Positions 13,798-28,071 of a stretch of 64,000 nt of DNA are shown here, in pieces; the first letter of the stretch is position 1, and the number at the start of each line of letters is the position of its first letter. The DNA is taken from NCBI GenBank assembly GCA_951406725.2, contig OX597828.1:36890001-36954000 (forward strand), given 5' to 3'. The stretch comes from Octopus vulgaris. Its lineage: Eukaryota. Below the pieces are notes generated by a model. It was given only the letters and a program-made list of their open reading frames with translations. It did not search any database and was not told the origin of the DNA. A program made the translations under genes and the position numbers.

Positions 13798-14022
13798 ATA
13801 TCTATCCCTCTCTCTCTCCCTCCCCATCTCTCTCTATATATGTTTCTCTCTCTGTATCACTTGCTTTCTCTCTCTTTCTCTCTCTCACACACTCTCTCTT
13901 TCTTTCTGCCTATTGAGCTCGGTTTCTGTTTATTAATGTATGCACTTTTGTGTCTTTTAATCAATCAATCAATCAGTCAATCAATCTATCATGTTTCTCT
14001 CCGTATCTCTCACATTCTCTCC

Positions 14023-14061
<39 letters not shown>

Positions 14062-14586
14062 CTCCATCTATCTACCGTCATGCTTATTTATTGATCTGTC
14101 AGTCTGTCTCTTTGTCTATCTATCACATACTTCTTGATATCTGTCACTATATCATTTTCCAACGTTTCCATGAAACTACTAATTATTTGAAACCGTTTCC
14201 AATTATTCTAATTTGAGCTTAGTAAGAGTTCACAAAGATCGGGTGGAAATCTGTCAAACGTCTCCACGTTGGATTTCGTTCCACTAGAAGCAACACCAAA
14301 GTGAAATGAGAACATAATATGGAATACTTTCCTGTTATTGTGGAACAATTCAAAACCAGGAATCATTTCCTGATTTCAACCTTAATGGATTCCCTTTCTT
14401 TTGATAAATCGTGAAATTTTCTTCATTCCTGTTTTGTTTCTGAAATTTGGTGGACGGTAATAGTCGAATACATCGAACTCGCTAGTACTTATTTTATCGA
14501 CGCCAGAAAAGGACGTAAGGCAAAACAGACCCTGGCGGAATTTGAATGGAGAACAAAGTATAAAAAAAAAATGCCACAAAAAATGT

Positions 14587-14745
14587 CAGGTATGGCTATG
14601 TAGTAAGAAGCTTACTTCCTTACCACATGGTTCAAGGTTCAGTCCCGCTGTGTGACACCTTGGGCAAATGTCTTTTACCATAGGCTCGGGCCGACCAAAG
14701 CCCTGCGAGTGGATTTGGTAGACAGAAACTGAAAGAAGTCCGTCG

Positions 14746-14816
<71 letters not shown>

Positions 14817-15040
14817 CGTTGTGTTTGTGTTTGTTTCTCTCTACCACCGCTTGACAACCGGTGTTGGTGTGTTTACATCTCCGTAACTTAGTAGCTCGGC
14901 CTAACACAGGTAGAATAAGTTCCAGATTTAAAAAATATTAAGTGCTGGGGTTGATTCGTTTGACTAAAATTCTTCAAAGCGGTGCCCCAGCTTGGCCGCA
15001 GTCCAATGAGTGAAACAAGTAAAAGACAAAAGAGAAAAGA
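14587..15040 (+). mobile_element. tRNA-derived SINE family A, near full length
   Basis: A/B-box-like head (TGGCTATGTAGTAAG..GGTTCAGTCCCGC), central microsatellite, tail AAACAAGTAAAAGA; many copies in the window; may correspond to the octopus OK/OR SINEs. Confidence 0.85.
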
Positions 15041-16045
15041 AGCATCTTACCCGATGCGCTAACAATTCTGTCTGTTCGTCGCCCGTGCACGATGGGGGTA
15101 ACATAATAGATAGAATTCATGCAAATACATTATAAAGGTTTCAAATCGACTACTCCATCCTTTTAAAATTACTAACTTAAAGAGTTGGGTAGTTTATTTT
15201 ATGAACCACGAAACGACGAAAGGCAAAAATCGACCCCAGTTGAATTTGAACTCAGAACATAAAGACGAACGAAATACCGCTAAGCATTTTCTTTTCTACT
15301 CTAGGTACAAGGCCCGAAATTTTTGGGGAGGGGGATAATCGATTAGATCGACCGCAGTACTCAATTGGTACTTAATTTATCGACCCCGAAAGAATGAAAG
15401 CCAAAGTCGGCCTTACCGGAATTTGAACTCAGAACGTAAAAACAGACGGAATACCGTTTTTCATTTCGACCGGTGTGCTAACGTTTCTTATTTCTTTATT
15501 GCCCACAAGGGGCTAAACATAGAGGGGACAAACAAGGACAGATAAAGGGATTAAGTCGATTAAATCCACCCCAATGCGAAATTGGTTCTTAATTTATCGA
15601 CCCCGAAATGATGAAAGGCAAAGTCGACCTCGGCGGAATTTGAACTCAGAACGTAACGGCAGACAAAATACTGCTAAGTATTTCGCCCGGTGTGCTAACG
15701 TTTCTTATTTCTTTATTGCCCACAAGGAGCTAAACACAGAGGGGACAAACAAGGACAGACAAAAGTATTAAGTCGTTTACATCGACCCCAGTACGTAACT
15801 GGTACTTAATTTATCGACCCCGAAAGGATGAAAGGCAGACGAAATACGGCTATGCATTTCGCCCGGCGTGCTAACGTTTCTGCCAGCTCGCCGCCTTGCT
15901 TTAGCATTTAATAATCTTTTCTACTATAGGCACAAGGCCTGAAATTTGAAGGAGGAGAATAGTCGAATACCCAAATGGTACTTATTTTATCGATCCCCAA
16001 AAGAATGAAAAGCAAAGCGGACCTCGCTGGAATTTGAACTCAGAT
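15040..16045 (-). mobile_element. Multimeric cluster of SINE family B units
   Basis: Repeated ATCGACCCCGAAAGGATGAAAGGCAAAGTCGACCTCGGCGGAATTTGAACTCAGAACG units; head GGCGGCGAGCTGGCAGAAACGTTAGCAC ends near 15895. Confidence 0.85.
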
Positions 16046-16123
16046 ATTTTTAGCCTTTAGATAATGGTAATGGTTATATATGTTCGTACGCTGTTAAAAT
16101 GGCGAACAATCATTCGTATCTTT

Positions 16124-16183
<60 letters not shown>

Positions 16184-16191
16184 TCATTCAT

Positions 16192-16227
<36 letters not shown>

Positions 16228-16267
16228 TCATTCTTTCTTTCTTTCTTTCTTTCTCTCTTTCATTCAT

Positions 16268-16331
<64 letters not shown>

Positions 16332-16649
16332 TGCGACTCAAGGGTAGCCTTTCTTTATCATTTCTAGCTTGTACAGCGACCGCCTTGCGGCTTCCTCGAG
16401 CAAAAAATCGCTGCTGCTGCTGTTTTAATTCAATAAATTTGTTGTTACTGACTGAACATATCAGGCCGCCAATGGCAGCACTGTCGGCATTAAACGGTGC
16501 CACGTTTATGATTGAACACTTTAATTCAATCAAAATCACTTCTTTGCCCATTGATCACATGTTTTTCATGGCTGCACAAATACCCTCTTTTGCGGGTGGT
16601 TCTTAATTCTACATTCTATGTCTTAACCTGTTGTTGTTGTTGTTGTTGC

Positions 16650-16683
<34 letters not shown>

Positions 16684-17539
16684 CGTTCACGTTTGATCGT
16701 TAATTTTTTTCCCTCTTTTAAGATTTTCTCGTTTGAAACTTTAAAAGAATTATGTTGAATGTCACTGTGGCATGTTTATCTCCCCTATATTCACTGATGA
16801 CTGTGTGTCAGTGTGTATGTATCCTTGCGTGTGTGTGTGTTTGTGTGTTAGTGTGTTTGTATGCTTGTGTGTGTGTGTGTGTGTGTGCTCGTGCGAGTGC
16901 ATGCGATATGTATACGTATGTATGTTTGCATGGGCATGTTTGTACTTTGAGGAATAAAAGTTTATTGGATTAAAGAACTGGTGATGCTAGTTCAGTCTTT
17001 ACTAAGGATTCGTTTATAATTTCCTTTTTGAATTCAATTCTTTTTATTTATTTTCTTTGTTGTATTTCATTTTCTTTCTTGAAATTTTGTCTTCAAAGGT
17101 TTAATTAATGTGTTTATAAAGACGGGTTTGAAAATAAGAACGAAATGAAGTGAAAAAATTGCAAGCAAAGATTTGAAAGAAGCAAACATCCCTAACATAG
17201 TCAATGAGTAAATTTTGAAATTGTGATAAAAACTTCAAGCAAGGAGACTCCCCGAAGCCCTTCCTCACCTCCAAAATTAAAATTCTCTGAAATGAAATAA
17301 CAAACTTTAAAATGCCTTGGAAAGTAGTAGCGGCGTGTTTTTCTGAACAAGAAACAAAACCCACATTTTCAAGAGAAAGTTCTTTAATTTACAGAGTTAT
17401 CCAAACAATATTATTTGTAATTACTTGTTTAATCATGGAGTGCTTGATAAAGGAAATATTTATGTGAGTGTATGTCTGTATATATATATATATATATATA
17501 TATCTTGTTTAGACCATACCTTCTGTTGACGCAATGCAC

Positions 17540-17826
17540 TCGTGGCGGTGCCACGTAAAAGAACCCATGCGATGCCTCGCAAAAACGCCCGCGGCGGCAC
17601 CACGTAAAGGAGTCCGTGTGGTGTCACGTAAAACTGCCCGTGCCGAGCTACGTAAAAGCATCCTCCACACTCTGTGAAGCGGTTGGCGTTAGGAAGAGCA
17701 TTCAGCTGTGGAAACCATGTCGAAGCAGACTGGAGTCTGGCGTAGCTCCCCAGCTTTCCAGCTCTGGTCAAACCGTCCAGCTCATGCCACCATGGATAAC
17801 GGATGTTAAACGTTGATGACGACGAC

Positions 17827-17859
<33 letters not shown>

Positions 17860-17860
17860 A
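17540..17860 (+). mobile_element. SINE/LINE 3' tail (RTE-like) with internal GTGCCACGTAAAA repeats and (GAT)n tail
   Basis: About 5 degenerate repeat units, then GGTTGGCGTTAGGAAG..GGATGTTAAACG followed by (GAT)n. Confidence 0.65.
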
Positions 17861-17896
17861 TATGTTTATGTGTGTATGTGGTTGACTGTGCGTGTA

Positions 17897-18118
17897 TGTG
17901 AGGGGCTGCTGAAAAGTTCCTAGCTTTAAAGGTATCACAGAAGGACTTGATGGAGGCCCAACTAACCGAGTTGTTTTTCAGGGTTTAGAAAAACTGAAGG
18001 ACCGCTGCGATAAATGTGTGAATCTGAGAGGAGAATATGATGAGTAAGATCACAATTAACTGATCCTCCTGTATTTTCTTTTACCCAAAGCCAGGAACTT
18101 TTCAAAACCACCTCGTGT
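17897..18118 (+). mobile_element. Mariner-derived MITE / internal deletion derivative
   Basis: TIRs GAGGGGCTGCTGAAAAGTTCCTAGCTTT / AAAGCCAGGAACTTTTCAAAACCACCTC; retains transposase C-terminus DRCDKCVNLRGEYDE*. Confidence 0.8.
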
Positions 18119-18483
18119 ATCACACACACACACACACACACACACTTGCACATTTTGGTCGACTCGGGGATATGAGAGAAGACAGATGCCCAGGGTGCGG
18201 CTCAGATAAATAAATACTTCGACTAAAGCGTTGAGAGTACTTCTTTACAAACATCTATATCTATGCATACACGTGCATGCGCACACTCAAACACTCACAC
18301 GCAAACACTCACACAGTGGAAACACAAAGCTTGTTATTGGCAAGTGTGTTGGGCTTACGATTATAAGACGGCGTGTTCGGTTCCAGTTCGGGGTGGCGAA
18401 CTGTGTCCGTAAGCAAATCCTTTCATTTGATGAGATCTCATTTGAAATGAGTAACTGCGGAGGATATGAGGGTATGGTAGGTG

Positions 18484-18519
<36 letters not shown>

Positions 18520-18555
18520 TGGTGCGTGGCTTAGTGGTTAGGGTGTCGGCACCAT

Positions 18556-19351
18556 CATCGTTTGTTTCGATTTTGTCGACTACACAGTTAGGCACCGTCT
18601 TTGAGAAAAACAGTACCATGCTGCAATTCACTCTGCCAGAAATTTGGAAACGACATGCTGTACCGCTTGGCATTCGCGCCGGAAGCTTCGGTACAAATAT
18701 TTCAGAGTGTCTGGATGTAAATTTGAGGACATGTACCGAGAGTGATAAAAATCAAACATCCGGTCAACATCATGGTGCTAGGAATCATCACTAGTGATGA
18801 CGACGTTATGCTTACATTCATCTTCCCACGCGGCCTCAGACTCAATAGAGAGGTCTACATCAAGTGCCTGGAGGAGGTAGTGCTGCCCTGGGTCAAAAGG
18901 CTGGCTGCTGGAAGAACCTGTGTCTGGCAACAGGAGTCTGCATTATGCCACATAAGCAGGAGAACCTAGTCATGGCTGTCAGGCAATTTCTGCGACCACA
19001 TCACCTCTAACATCTGGCCACCTGACCCCCCAGACTGCAACCCCCTTGATTATTATGTGGGGGGCGCAGTAGAGTGAGAGACCATAAAAACTCCAAAGAT
19101 GAAGTGAAGGCAAGGATTATGGCAGCATTGACCAACTTAAACAAGGAAACTGTCCAGAAGAGTTGTAGGAGATTCCAAAGTCGTCTGGAGGCCGTGGTTG
19201 AAGCCAATGGTGATTTTATTGAATAAATTTACTCTTTAGTATTTCAAGATATTTTAATGTAATTTTGGTAACAATATCTGTTAAAATGAGACGTCAGTGT
19301 TATTTTCAATTTTACATAATTTAGACGACAATATATTCACCGCAACCTCTG
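18556..19351 (+). mobile_element. Internally deleted DD37D (maT-type) Tc1/mariner transposon, pseudogenised
   Basis: KHPVNIMV.., WQQE(D)SA..H and WPPDPPDCNPLDYY with 37 residues between the last two acidic positions; internal stop; 3' end ...CACCGCAACCTCTG followed by TA. Confidence 0.8.
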
Positions 19352-19370
19352 TATGTGTGTGTGTGTATGC

Positions 19371-19430
<60 letters not shown>

Positions 19431-19676
19431 TACAGTTTTAACTTCTACTTTTCCATCTGATATGGATCAGACAGAAAGCGTTGGGGCAGATTTTGTTTAC
19501 AACTGGATACTCTTCCTGTCGCTAACCCTTTCATGTTTCCAAGCAAGGTTAAATTTCTCCTTAGTTGGATATTTATTCACGGGAATTTTTAAATGAAGGA
19601 CACCGCTCGAATGACGGTAATTCTCACTTACAGCTGTCACATATAAATATGTATATGTGTGTATATATGCGTATGC

Positions 19677-19718
<42 letters not shown>

Positions 19719-19880
19719 TATGCGTATTTATATATATATATATATATAAACACACACACACATATATCCACATACATACTCACATACACACACACATATA
19801 TATATACACATACACACACACACATATATATATATACACACATACATACATATATATGTATATACACACATACGTATATA

Positions 19881-19917
<37 letters not shown>

Positions 19918-20757
19918 CAAGAAAAGCTGTGTGTAAAAGTCTATCTGTGCGTTACAGAAATCAAGGTTGTCTACACAAGAAATGGAGACTCCCAAACAGA
20001 CAAGAGACAAAGCGATGCAGCCGCAAGCATCAAGCAGATGGTGTTAATGTAACAAAGTTTATCCTACGTGAAGGTCCCGGTTGGATGTATTAACTCCAAA
20101 TAAGGTCCATATCCTTTATAATAACACCTGCCTCCTTAGATGGCGGCATCTACAGGTTAGAACTCCGCTGTGTTCTGTCAAGTGATTCGTAGGGAGCTGG
20201 GTACATAATCTAATTGCTTCTTTAACAATGTGGTCAAATGTTTACGAGCTTACACGATGTATCACTTTGATTATGGTTATATTTATGAAAGCAACACATG
20301 CAATCTTCACATCTGCTTTAAATAACATATTTATACATAGCTTCCTTCTTTAGAAAGACATATCATAACCAAAACATCAAAACCTCTGCACGAAATATCA
20401 GAAAATTAACGATTAAACAAATTATCCATTTGATAAATTTAATTCTACCATCAACAACAGATATGAACTGTGTTATACCGATTGATTGAGTTATTATTAT
20501 CAGTCTGAACATGACAGAGCCATCGCTTAATGTTAGCGTTTGAAAATTAAATGCTTCTTTGTTTCTGCTCTGTACAGTACGGACCTGGCCCGACCTCTTA
20601 TTTTCTCTTGATAAGCGTAGTATAAAACCGAAATATTGCAAACCAGATTTGAAACAGTGTAAACAATTGTTTTTGTTTTGTTTTTGGCCTGGCTTTTGTT
20701 CACACTCTTCTATTTCCAGTTTGCCTTGCAGTGGCTTTGTTCAACACTATTACATCA

Positions 20758-20827
<70 letters not shown>

Positions 20828-20838
20828 ACATATATATG

Positions 20839-20955
<117 letters not shown>

Positions 20956-21340
20956 TATGTATATACATATGCTCAGGGTGAAACAGAGAAAGAGTGGGGA
21001 GGGAAGAAATAAGAGAGAGAAATAGGAAAAATGGCAGAAGGGAAGAAAGAAAGGAAGAAAGAAAAGGAAGCGGAAACCAAACAACAAAAAGATTTCGAGA
21101 AAAAAATGGTGGAGTGTTAGATACAGATAAAACCGACGAACATAAAATAAAAAAGAACGCAGTGAGAGATATTGAGTGGAGGAAGAAGAAATGGATAGAG
21201 TGAAATAAAGGAAAATCTGTAAATAACATAGCGAGTTTGTGAGGCATCAATAGCAATTGAAAATAAATTCTCAAGATAATTGCATCTTCCATTGTTTCTA
21301 GAACGTGAAAGATAATATGGAAATCAATCAACGGCTTGAA

Positions 21341-21490
21341 TAATAAAGAATCCAAGCAAACCAACATATTATGTGTATGTGTGGGTATAAACAATATATA
21401 ATATATAATGTATAATATAATATTACATATATATATATATATATATATAAATATTACATATATATATATATATATAAATATATATATATG

Positions 21491-21536
<46 letters not shown>

Positions 21537-21619
21537 ATATTATATTATACATTATATATTATATATTGTTTATACCCACACATACACATAATATGTTGGT
21601 TTGCTTGGATTCTTTATTA
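21341..21619. repeat. Inverted repeat with ~90-bp arms around an (AT)n spacer
   Basis: TAATAAAGAATCCAAGCAAACCAACATATTATGTG... and its reverse complement at ~21530-21619. Confidence 0.9.
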
Positions 21620-21637
21620 TATATATATATGTATATG

Positions 21638-21687
<50 letters not shown>

Positions 21688-21748
21688 ATGTGTGCTTATG
21701 TATATGTATATGTAAATATATGTTTATATATACATACATATGTGTCTT

Positions 21749-21889
21749 GAGAAGCTTTCTTCCCAACCACATGGTTCCGGGTTCAGTCCCACTGCGTGAC
21801 AGCTTGGGCAAGTGTCTTCTACTATAGCCTCGGACCGACCAAAGCCTTGTGAGTGGATTTGGTAGATGGAAACTGAATGAAGCCCGTCG

Positions 21890-21890
<1 letters not shown>
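21749..21890 (+). mobile_element. SINE family A head
   Basis: CCAACCACATGGTTCCGGGTTCAGTCCCACTGCG...GAAGCCCGTCG. Confidence 0.85.
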
Positions 21891-21963
<73 letters not shown>

Positions 21964-22581
21964 CGTGTGTGTATGTGTATTTATCTAAATATATGCATAT
22001 GTATATGTATACAGACACGAAGTTATTTCCATAACGTTGAGATGCAGAAACGCAGTAGCATAGAACACATACACATACAAACACAAACATATATACATAC
22101 ATTCAGTGAGCCGTTCGTGCACACGTACATGAATACACATGTATGTATGCGTGAGTCAGTCTGAGTCTGTGCGTATGTTTTTGTGTGTGTGTGTGTGTGT
22201 GTGTGTATGAGCGCGCGCGCAAACGCGTGTGTGTTGGTTAATCTGATTTTTTATATTTTTACGGGTAAGAATATGTATAGGCAAATAAATCGATTCATGA
22301 TGAATTCTATTTTGGCGATTCACAATATATGGTTGGTGGATAAGGATTAACCAGCCAAGCCCTGCACTCACTGCAATAACAAAAGAAAAAGCTGCACATC
22401 TTGACAAGGACACAAAACATATTGAGAAATATATAGAACCGTGGAATAAATTTATGCACAGTATACACACACACTCACGCATATACAATTGTGGAGTTTC
22501 ACACATTTTTGACATATTATGTATATATTCATTCTGTGACTGCGAATCATGCGATATTATACACATATTCATGTATGTATA

Positions 22582-22639
<58 letters not shown>

Positions 22640-23587
22640 CCTGCATTATGCATTTTGTTCGTGTCTCAGTGTGTGCCCATAATTGTGGAGTTTCACATTC
22701 TTCTTTCCTTGTATACACCAATTAGATACTATACTGCATATACGGTTATATCATTATATACGACGTATATTTACCGTTGTTAGGCTTATATAAAATACAA
22801 TATTGTGAAATATCAGGTACTATCACTGCTCTCATCGAGCTTCATTGCACCTAACAACTGGTTCCCTAATGCATAAACTAGCTTGGACTATTACAAAATC
22901 ATCACTATCTGCAGAATAATGCTGGATCCATTTCATATTACTCCATCCTGCGTGCATACACATTGAATGGTATATGACGACATACAAAATATCTCTGAAT
23001 GCCTGGCTTTCGTAATAACATTGAATAACTTTCTCTGATATTATGAAAGCTAATAGATACACACACACACACGCACACGCCTCCCTCCCGCCTAATAACG
23101 GTCTTACAGGTGCGTTTGTATATGTTGTAGTATCTGAAAGGAGGAAGTGGGTCTGTAAACGATATGCCTGCTTCTGCGTATGTGGGCGCAAATACATGGG
23201 AATGCATGTGTATACCACGATTTTACTTTTCTTATATGCTTATGGTTGTGTAACTGTGTACGCGCGTGTGTACGACCATGTAAGCGAGTAAATGTGTATA
23301 CATATGGTTGTGTGTGAATGTGCGTGTATAGGGATGTGAATGTGTGTGTATTTATACACGTGGCCGGGAACCATATGAATGACATTGAATTACAGACATA
23401 TTTATAAAGGCAGCAGCTGAATGCTGTCTACCAAACCGGACAGGTTGCACCCAAATACTATAAAATAAACGATAAAACTAACAAGTCTGTTATTTTACTT
23501 GCATACCTGGTTATAAGTCATTACTGTGTTGTTTAGTATTACTACTGCTCCAAAACTATCCTACCCTACTCCTCCCAATATCCCCAA

Positions 23588-23669
<82 letters not shown>

Positions 23670-23764
23670 TATATATAATATATATATATTAAAATAGAGA
23701 GAGTATATATATATATATAAATGTGAGTTTGGAGAAGTCGCCATACTCTTTATAATTATTACTA

Positions 23765-23809
<45 letters not shown>

Positions 23810-23810
23810 T

Positions 23811-23855
<45 letters not shown>

Positions 23856-23866
23856 CGCGTGTGTAA

Positions 23867-24066
23867 GGTTGCGAGCTGGCAGAAACGTTAGCACGCCGGA
23901 CGAAATGCTTAGCGGTATTTCGTCTGCCGCTACGTTCTGAGTTCAAATTCCGCCGAGGTCGACTTTGCCTTTCATCCTTTCGGGGTCATTTAAATAAGTA
24001 CCAGTTTCGCATTGGGGTCGATATAATCGACTTAATCCGTTTGTCTGTCCTTGTTTGTCCTCTTTG
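23867..24066 (+). mobile_element. SINE family B
   Basis: GCGAGCTGGCAGAAACGTTAGCACGCCGG...GAGTTCAAATTCCGCCGAGGTCGAC (B-box-like). Confidence 0.85.
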
Positions 24067-24069
24067 CTC

Positions 24070-24215
24070 TGTCAAATGACAGTTTTTAGGCTCCACCTTC
24101 GACTTACCTCTGTCTCCAGTTCTTTGTATATTGAAAGTTTCTCTGTTTCTTTTAGAGAAACATTGTCATCTGTTGATATTGATAACTCGATTAGAAAACA
24201 CCTTTTCCTTTCTTC
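24070..24215 (-). pseudogene. Non-LTR retrotransposon restriction-like endonuclease fragment (R4/Dong-like), inverted
   Basis: KRCFLIELSISTDDNVSLKETEKLSIYKELETEVSRRWSLKTVI resembles the REL C-terminus (LID.S.P.D.N...KE.EK..KY.DL). Confidence 0.75.
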
Positions 24216-24220
24216 TTTTC

Positions 24221-24299
<79 letters not shown>

Positions 24300-24302
<3 letters not shown>

Positions 24303-24965
24303 AGGTATGATACAAAAATATTCAGACAAATACATAGCAAAAACACCAGGACTTACAAATACATATAACATTCAGAAAATAGCACTACTAGGCACCGCAC
24401 ATATCCTACATAAAACGCTTTCAATGTAGTGAAAATAAGAGTATCACAACAAACCACACCACATACCCAAGGCACAGAGAGCTGTACTCGGTAGTGCAGA
24501 GAAAGACTGAGATTTGAGACAAAAATCATGCTTCCTCATTGAAATGACTGTCCCAATAGACATAGGTGTATCTGTCAAGACGTAGCAAAAACTGAGCAAG
24601 TGTAAAGATCTTGAAATAGAAATCAGCAAAATGTGGAACCTCAAGACTAAAACAATACCTGTTGTCATAGAAATGATCGCAAAAGGAACTGATTCCTACC
24701 TAGCTCAGATACCAGGAAACCCCAAAATGGCAGAAATTCAAAAGATAGTGCTCATAGGAACTGCCTATATCCTACGTAAAATACTGTCTATGTAATCTCA
24801 ACTTTTAAAAATTTTAAAACAAACTTATAATTTTCTTATGTTTTCTTAAACATTTTTTAGAACAATACCATGTACAAAACCAAATATATGACACTCCAGG
24901 CATAACACCAACATGAACTTCTAACTTATCTCTTGAGATCTCTGGTTGAGACTTGGAGCCAACGC
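24300..24965 (+). pseudogene. Two tandem 3' ends of R4/Dong-like non-LTR elements
   Basis: GMIQKYSDKYIAKTPG..QKIALLGTAHILHKTLSM*; then CFLIEMTVPID..KCKDLEIEISKMWNLKTKTIPVVI..QKIVLIGTAYILRKILSM* plus 3' UTR; adjacent to (TTA)n. Confidence 0.75.
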
Positions 24966-25316
24966 AAGAAGACAAAAGATTGTTTTAACAGGTACGTCAC
25001 ACGTATTGAAAAGAGCATCGTCGCTGTGAATTTTTTCTTTTTATTTACCTTTTCCTTTTCTCTTTCTTGTATTTTCCTTTTTTATTTTTTGTATTTTCCG
25101 TTTTTCTTTTTCCTTTTTCTTTCCTTTTTGTTTTTCTTTTGTTTCTTTTTTGTCTATCACATAACTTGGCTTTGTAAATGTATAATCTGTCGTTTTTATT
25201 CAAATGGCCTACCAATGTATACTGTGAGACCCTTTGCCCTAGGAAACTGTATACAATGGCAACAAGATTGAAAGAAGAAAAACACAGCAACAATAATGAT
25301 GATGATGATGATGACA

Positions 25317-25397
<81 letters not shown>

Positions 25398-25730
25398 GCA
25401 AGAACAACAACGATAATACCAGCATCAATGGCAAATGTAGGTCAATACGGGGAAATTCTTGGTGGACACTCGCCCTGCTAATTATAGCAATGAAATTTCA
25501 TTCAGATCAGAGTATAAAGAGCAGTCTGGTGAAAGGAAAACAAACACATTGCATAATGTAGTCACGGATTATTAAGATGAGACGGTCACGGTTGGAAGTT
25601 CTTTGAATTATAGAATCGCTTGATTAAAGCTGACCTTGGTGGAACAAGAACAACCAAATGAAGGTAAACATCTACAGATACTTCAACACAAACAAAATCA
25701 GCATCTCTTTCTCTCTCTCACACACACACA

Positions 25731-25770
<40 letters not shown>

Positions 25771-25930
25771 GAATGTATCTTGTTTTCTTTGTCTCCATCT
25801 TTCTCCCTCGATCACTCATACAGAATTCTCAATGTCCATCGATGTCTCTACGGCTACTGTCTTCTAGTGAACATATCTCTTTGAGAGTTCTCGGCCTCAT
25901 TCTTATTCTCTCTATGTTCACGTTGATATA

Positions 25931-26237
25931 TACAGGTCTGATCAATAAGTATCCGGACTGTTGCCATAGTAACGAAACTAAAGCACGCAGAGTGAATCCG
26001 CTTGATAAAGATTGCTCTTGAACTCTGCTGTGCATGCGCGCTAAGCCAATGCGACGATCTCACGCAACACACGCAACTTCCAAGCTCTGCTGTACGCGGT
26101 GGAAGTGAGCTAGAACGTTAAAACTTAGTGCGCATGCACAACAGAGTTCAAGATCAATCTGTTTTGAGTGGCTTTACTCCGCGTACTTTAGTTTCGCTAC
26201 CATGACAACAGTCCAGATAATTAATGATCCAGACCAC

Positions 26238-26242
<5 letters not shown>
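25931..26242. mobile_element. MITE with ~115-bp terminal inverted repeats (Tc1/mariner-type, TA-flanked)
   Basis: GGTCTGATCAATAAGTATCCGGACTGTTGCCATAGTAACGAAACTAAAG..GTGCATGCGCGCTAAG pairs with CTTAGTGCGCATGCAC..CAGTCCAGATAATTAATGATCCAGACC. Confidence 0.85.
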
Positions 26243-26272
<30 letters not shown>

Positions 26273-26485
26273 CTATATAAATGTGTGAGTGTGTGAGCTT
26301 ATATATATTGCAACCACAAAAAAACTGTTATTGCCAGTCAGCATTATTAGGCTGTTGCCGGCATAATAAAATGGGAGCTTTTATATGTATATACAAAACG
26401 TTTCCCGTAAATGGACTTAAAGGATATGTGTGTTTGTGTGTACCTGCGTGCGTACGTGCGTGTGTGAACATATATATAAAAGAAT

Positions 26486-26537
<52 letters not shown>

Positions 26538-26764
26538 GCATGTATGTATATATGCATGTATGCTTTTGTTTAAGTATACGTATGCATGTACTTGTCTGTA
26601 TATGAGGGTATATATGCACACATACGTAATACACACACGTATATATATGTATATGTGTGTGTGTATACGTATGCGTGCATATATATCCTTATGTACAGAT
26701 AAGTACATGCATACATGCATATACTTAAAAAAAGCATACATACATACATACATATATATATATG

Positions 26765-26840
<76 letters not shown>

Positions 26841-27429
26841 CATATATATACATATACATATATATGTATATATCCGTGTTCTACATTTTTTTATATATAA
26901 TTCACTTCATCTAACAATCTTTCTCTCTATGAAGTGTCGTAAGTGTATTTGCATCTCTCTCTTTCCATCTTTCTTACTCTCTAAGTCTCTGTCAGTGTTC
27001 CAGTGTATCTGTCTGTCTCTTTGTCTTTCTCTCTCTCTGCCCCTCTCTGTCTATGTCTGTCTGTTTGTCTCTCTCTCTCTTTCGGCAAATATAGTCAAGC
27101 TGTTTATAAAACTATGAAAATATAAAATGATCACGGATCAATAATTTTGACAATATAGGGCATCAACAAAAGCAAAAATGAAACACAACAACAGAAAAAA
27201 AGTATTATAAGAAACAAAACCAAAACAAAATAGGAATAAAAATAAATGAGAGAAAGAAAGTAGAAATTGACAACAAATAAAGAATAATCACTGTCCCTTC
27301 ATCAAACAAACACACAAAACAAGACAAACAACTTGTAAGATACAAAATACAATAGAAAACGTTCAAACCATAATTATCGACGAACAAAGAATGAAAACAA
27401 AAGAATTACAAATCAACAAAAGAGGGAAA

Positions 27430-27431
27430 GA

Positions 27432-27498
<67 letters not shown>

Positions 27499-27653
27499 TA
27501 ATAATAATGATAGTAGTAGAAGTAGTAGTAATAAAAATAATAGCAATAATAATAAGATTAGTAATAATAAAGACAATAATAACAACAACAACAATAATAA
27601 AAATAATAAGAAGAATAAGAATAGTAATAATAATGATTATAATAATAATAATG

Positions 27654-27687
<34 letters not shown>

Positions 27688-27805
27688 TAATAATAATAAT
27701 ATTAATAATAATAATGATAATAATGACAATAATAATAATAATAATGATAATAATAATAATGATAATAATCACAATAATAATAATAATGATAATAATAATA
27801 ATCAC

Positions 27806-27862
<57 letters not shown>

Positions 27863-28004
27863 AAGAAGCAGAAGAAAATAGTAATAATATTAATAACAAT
27901 AATAGTAAGAATAAGAATAGTAATAATATAACCTCCACCACCACCACCACCACCACCACCACCACCACCACCACCACCACCACACAACAACAACAATAAT
28001 AACA

Positions 28005-28071
<67 letters not shown>

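Noticed and set aside
15040-16045. Repeated units resembling a CRISPR array
   Set aside because: The units are SINE family B multimers with no unique spacers and no cas genes, in a eukaryotic context.
16264-16551. 95-aa minus-strand ORF as a coding exon
   Set aside because: No recognisable domain or splice signals; it ends in a (GAAA)n microsatellite.
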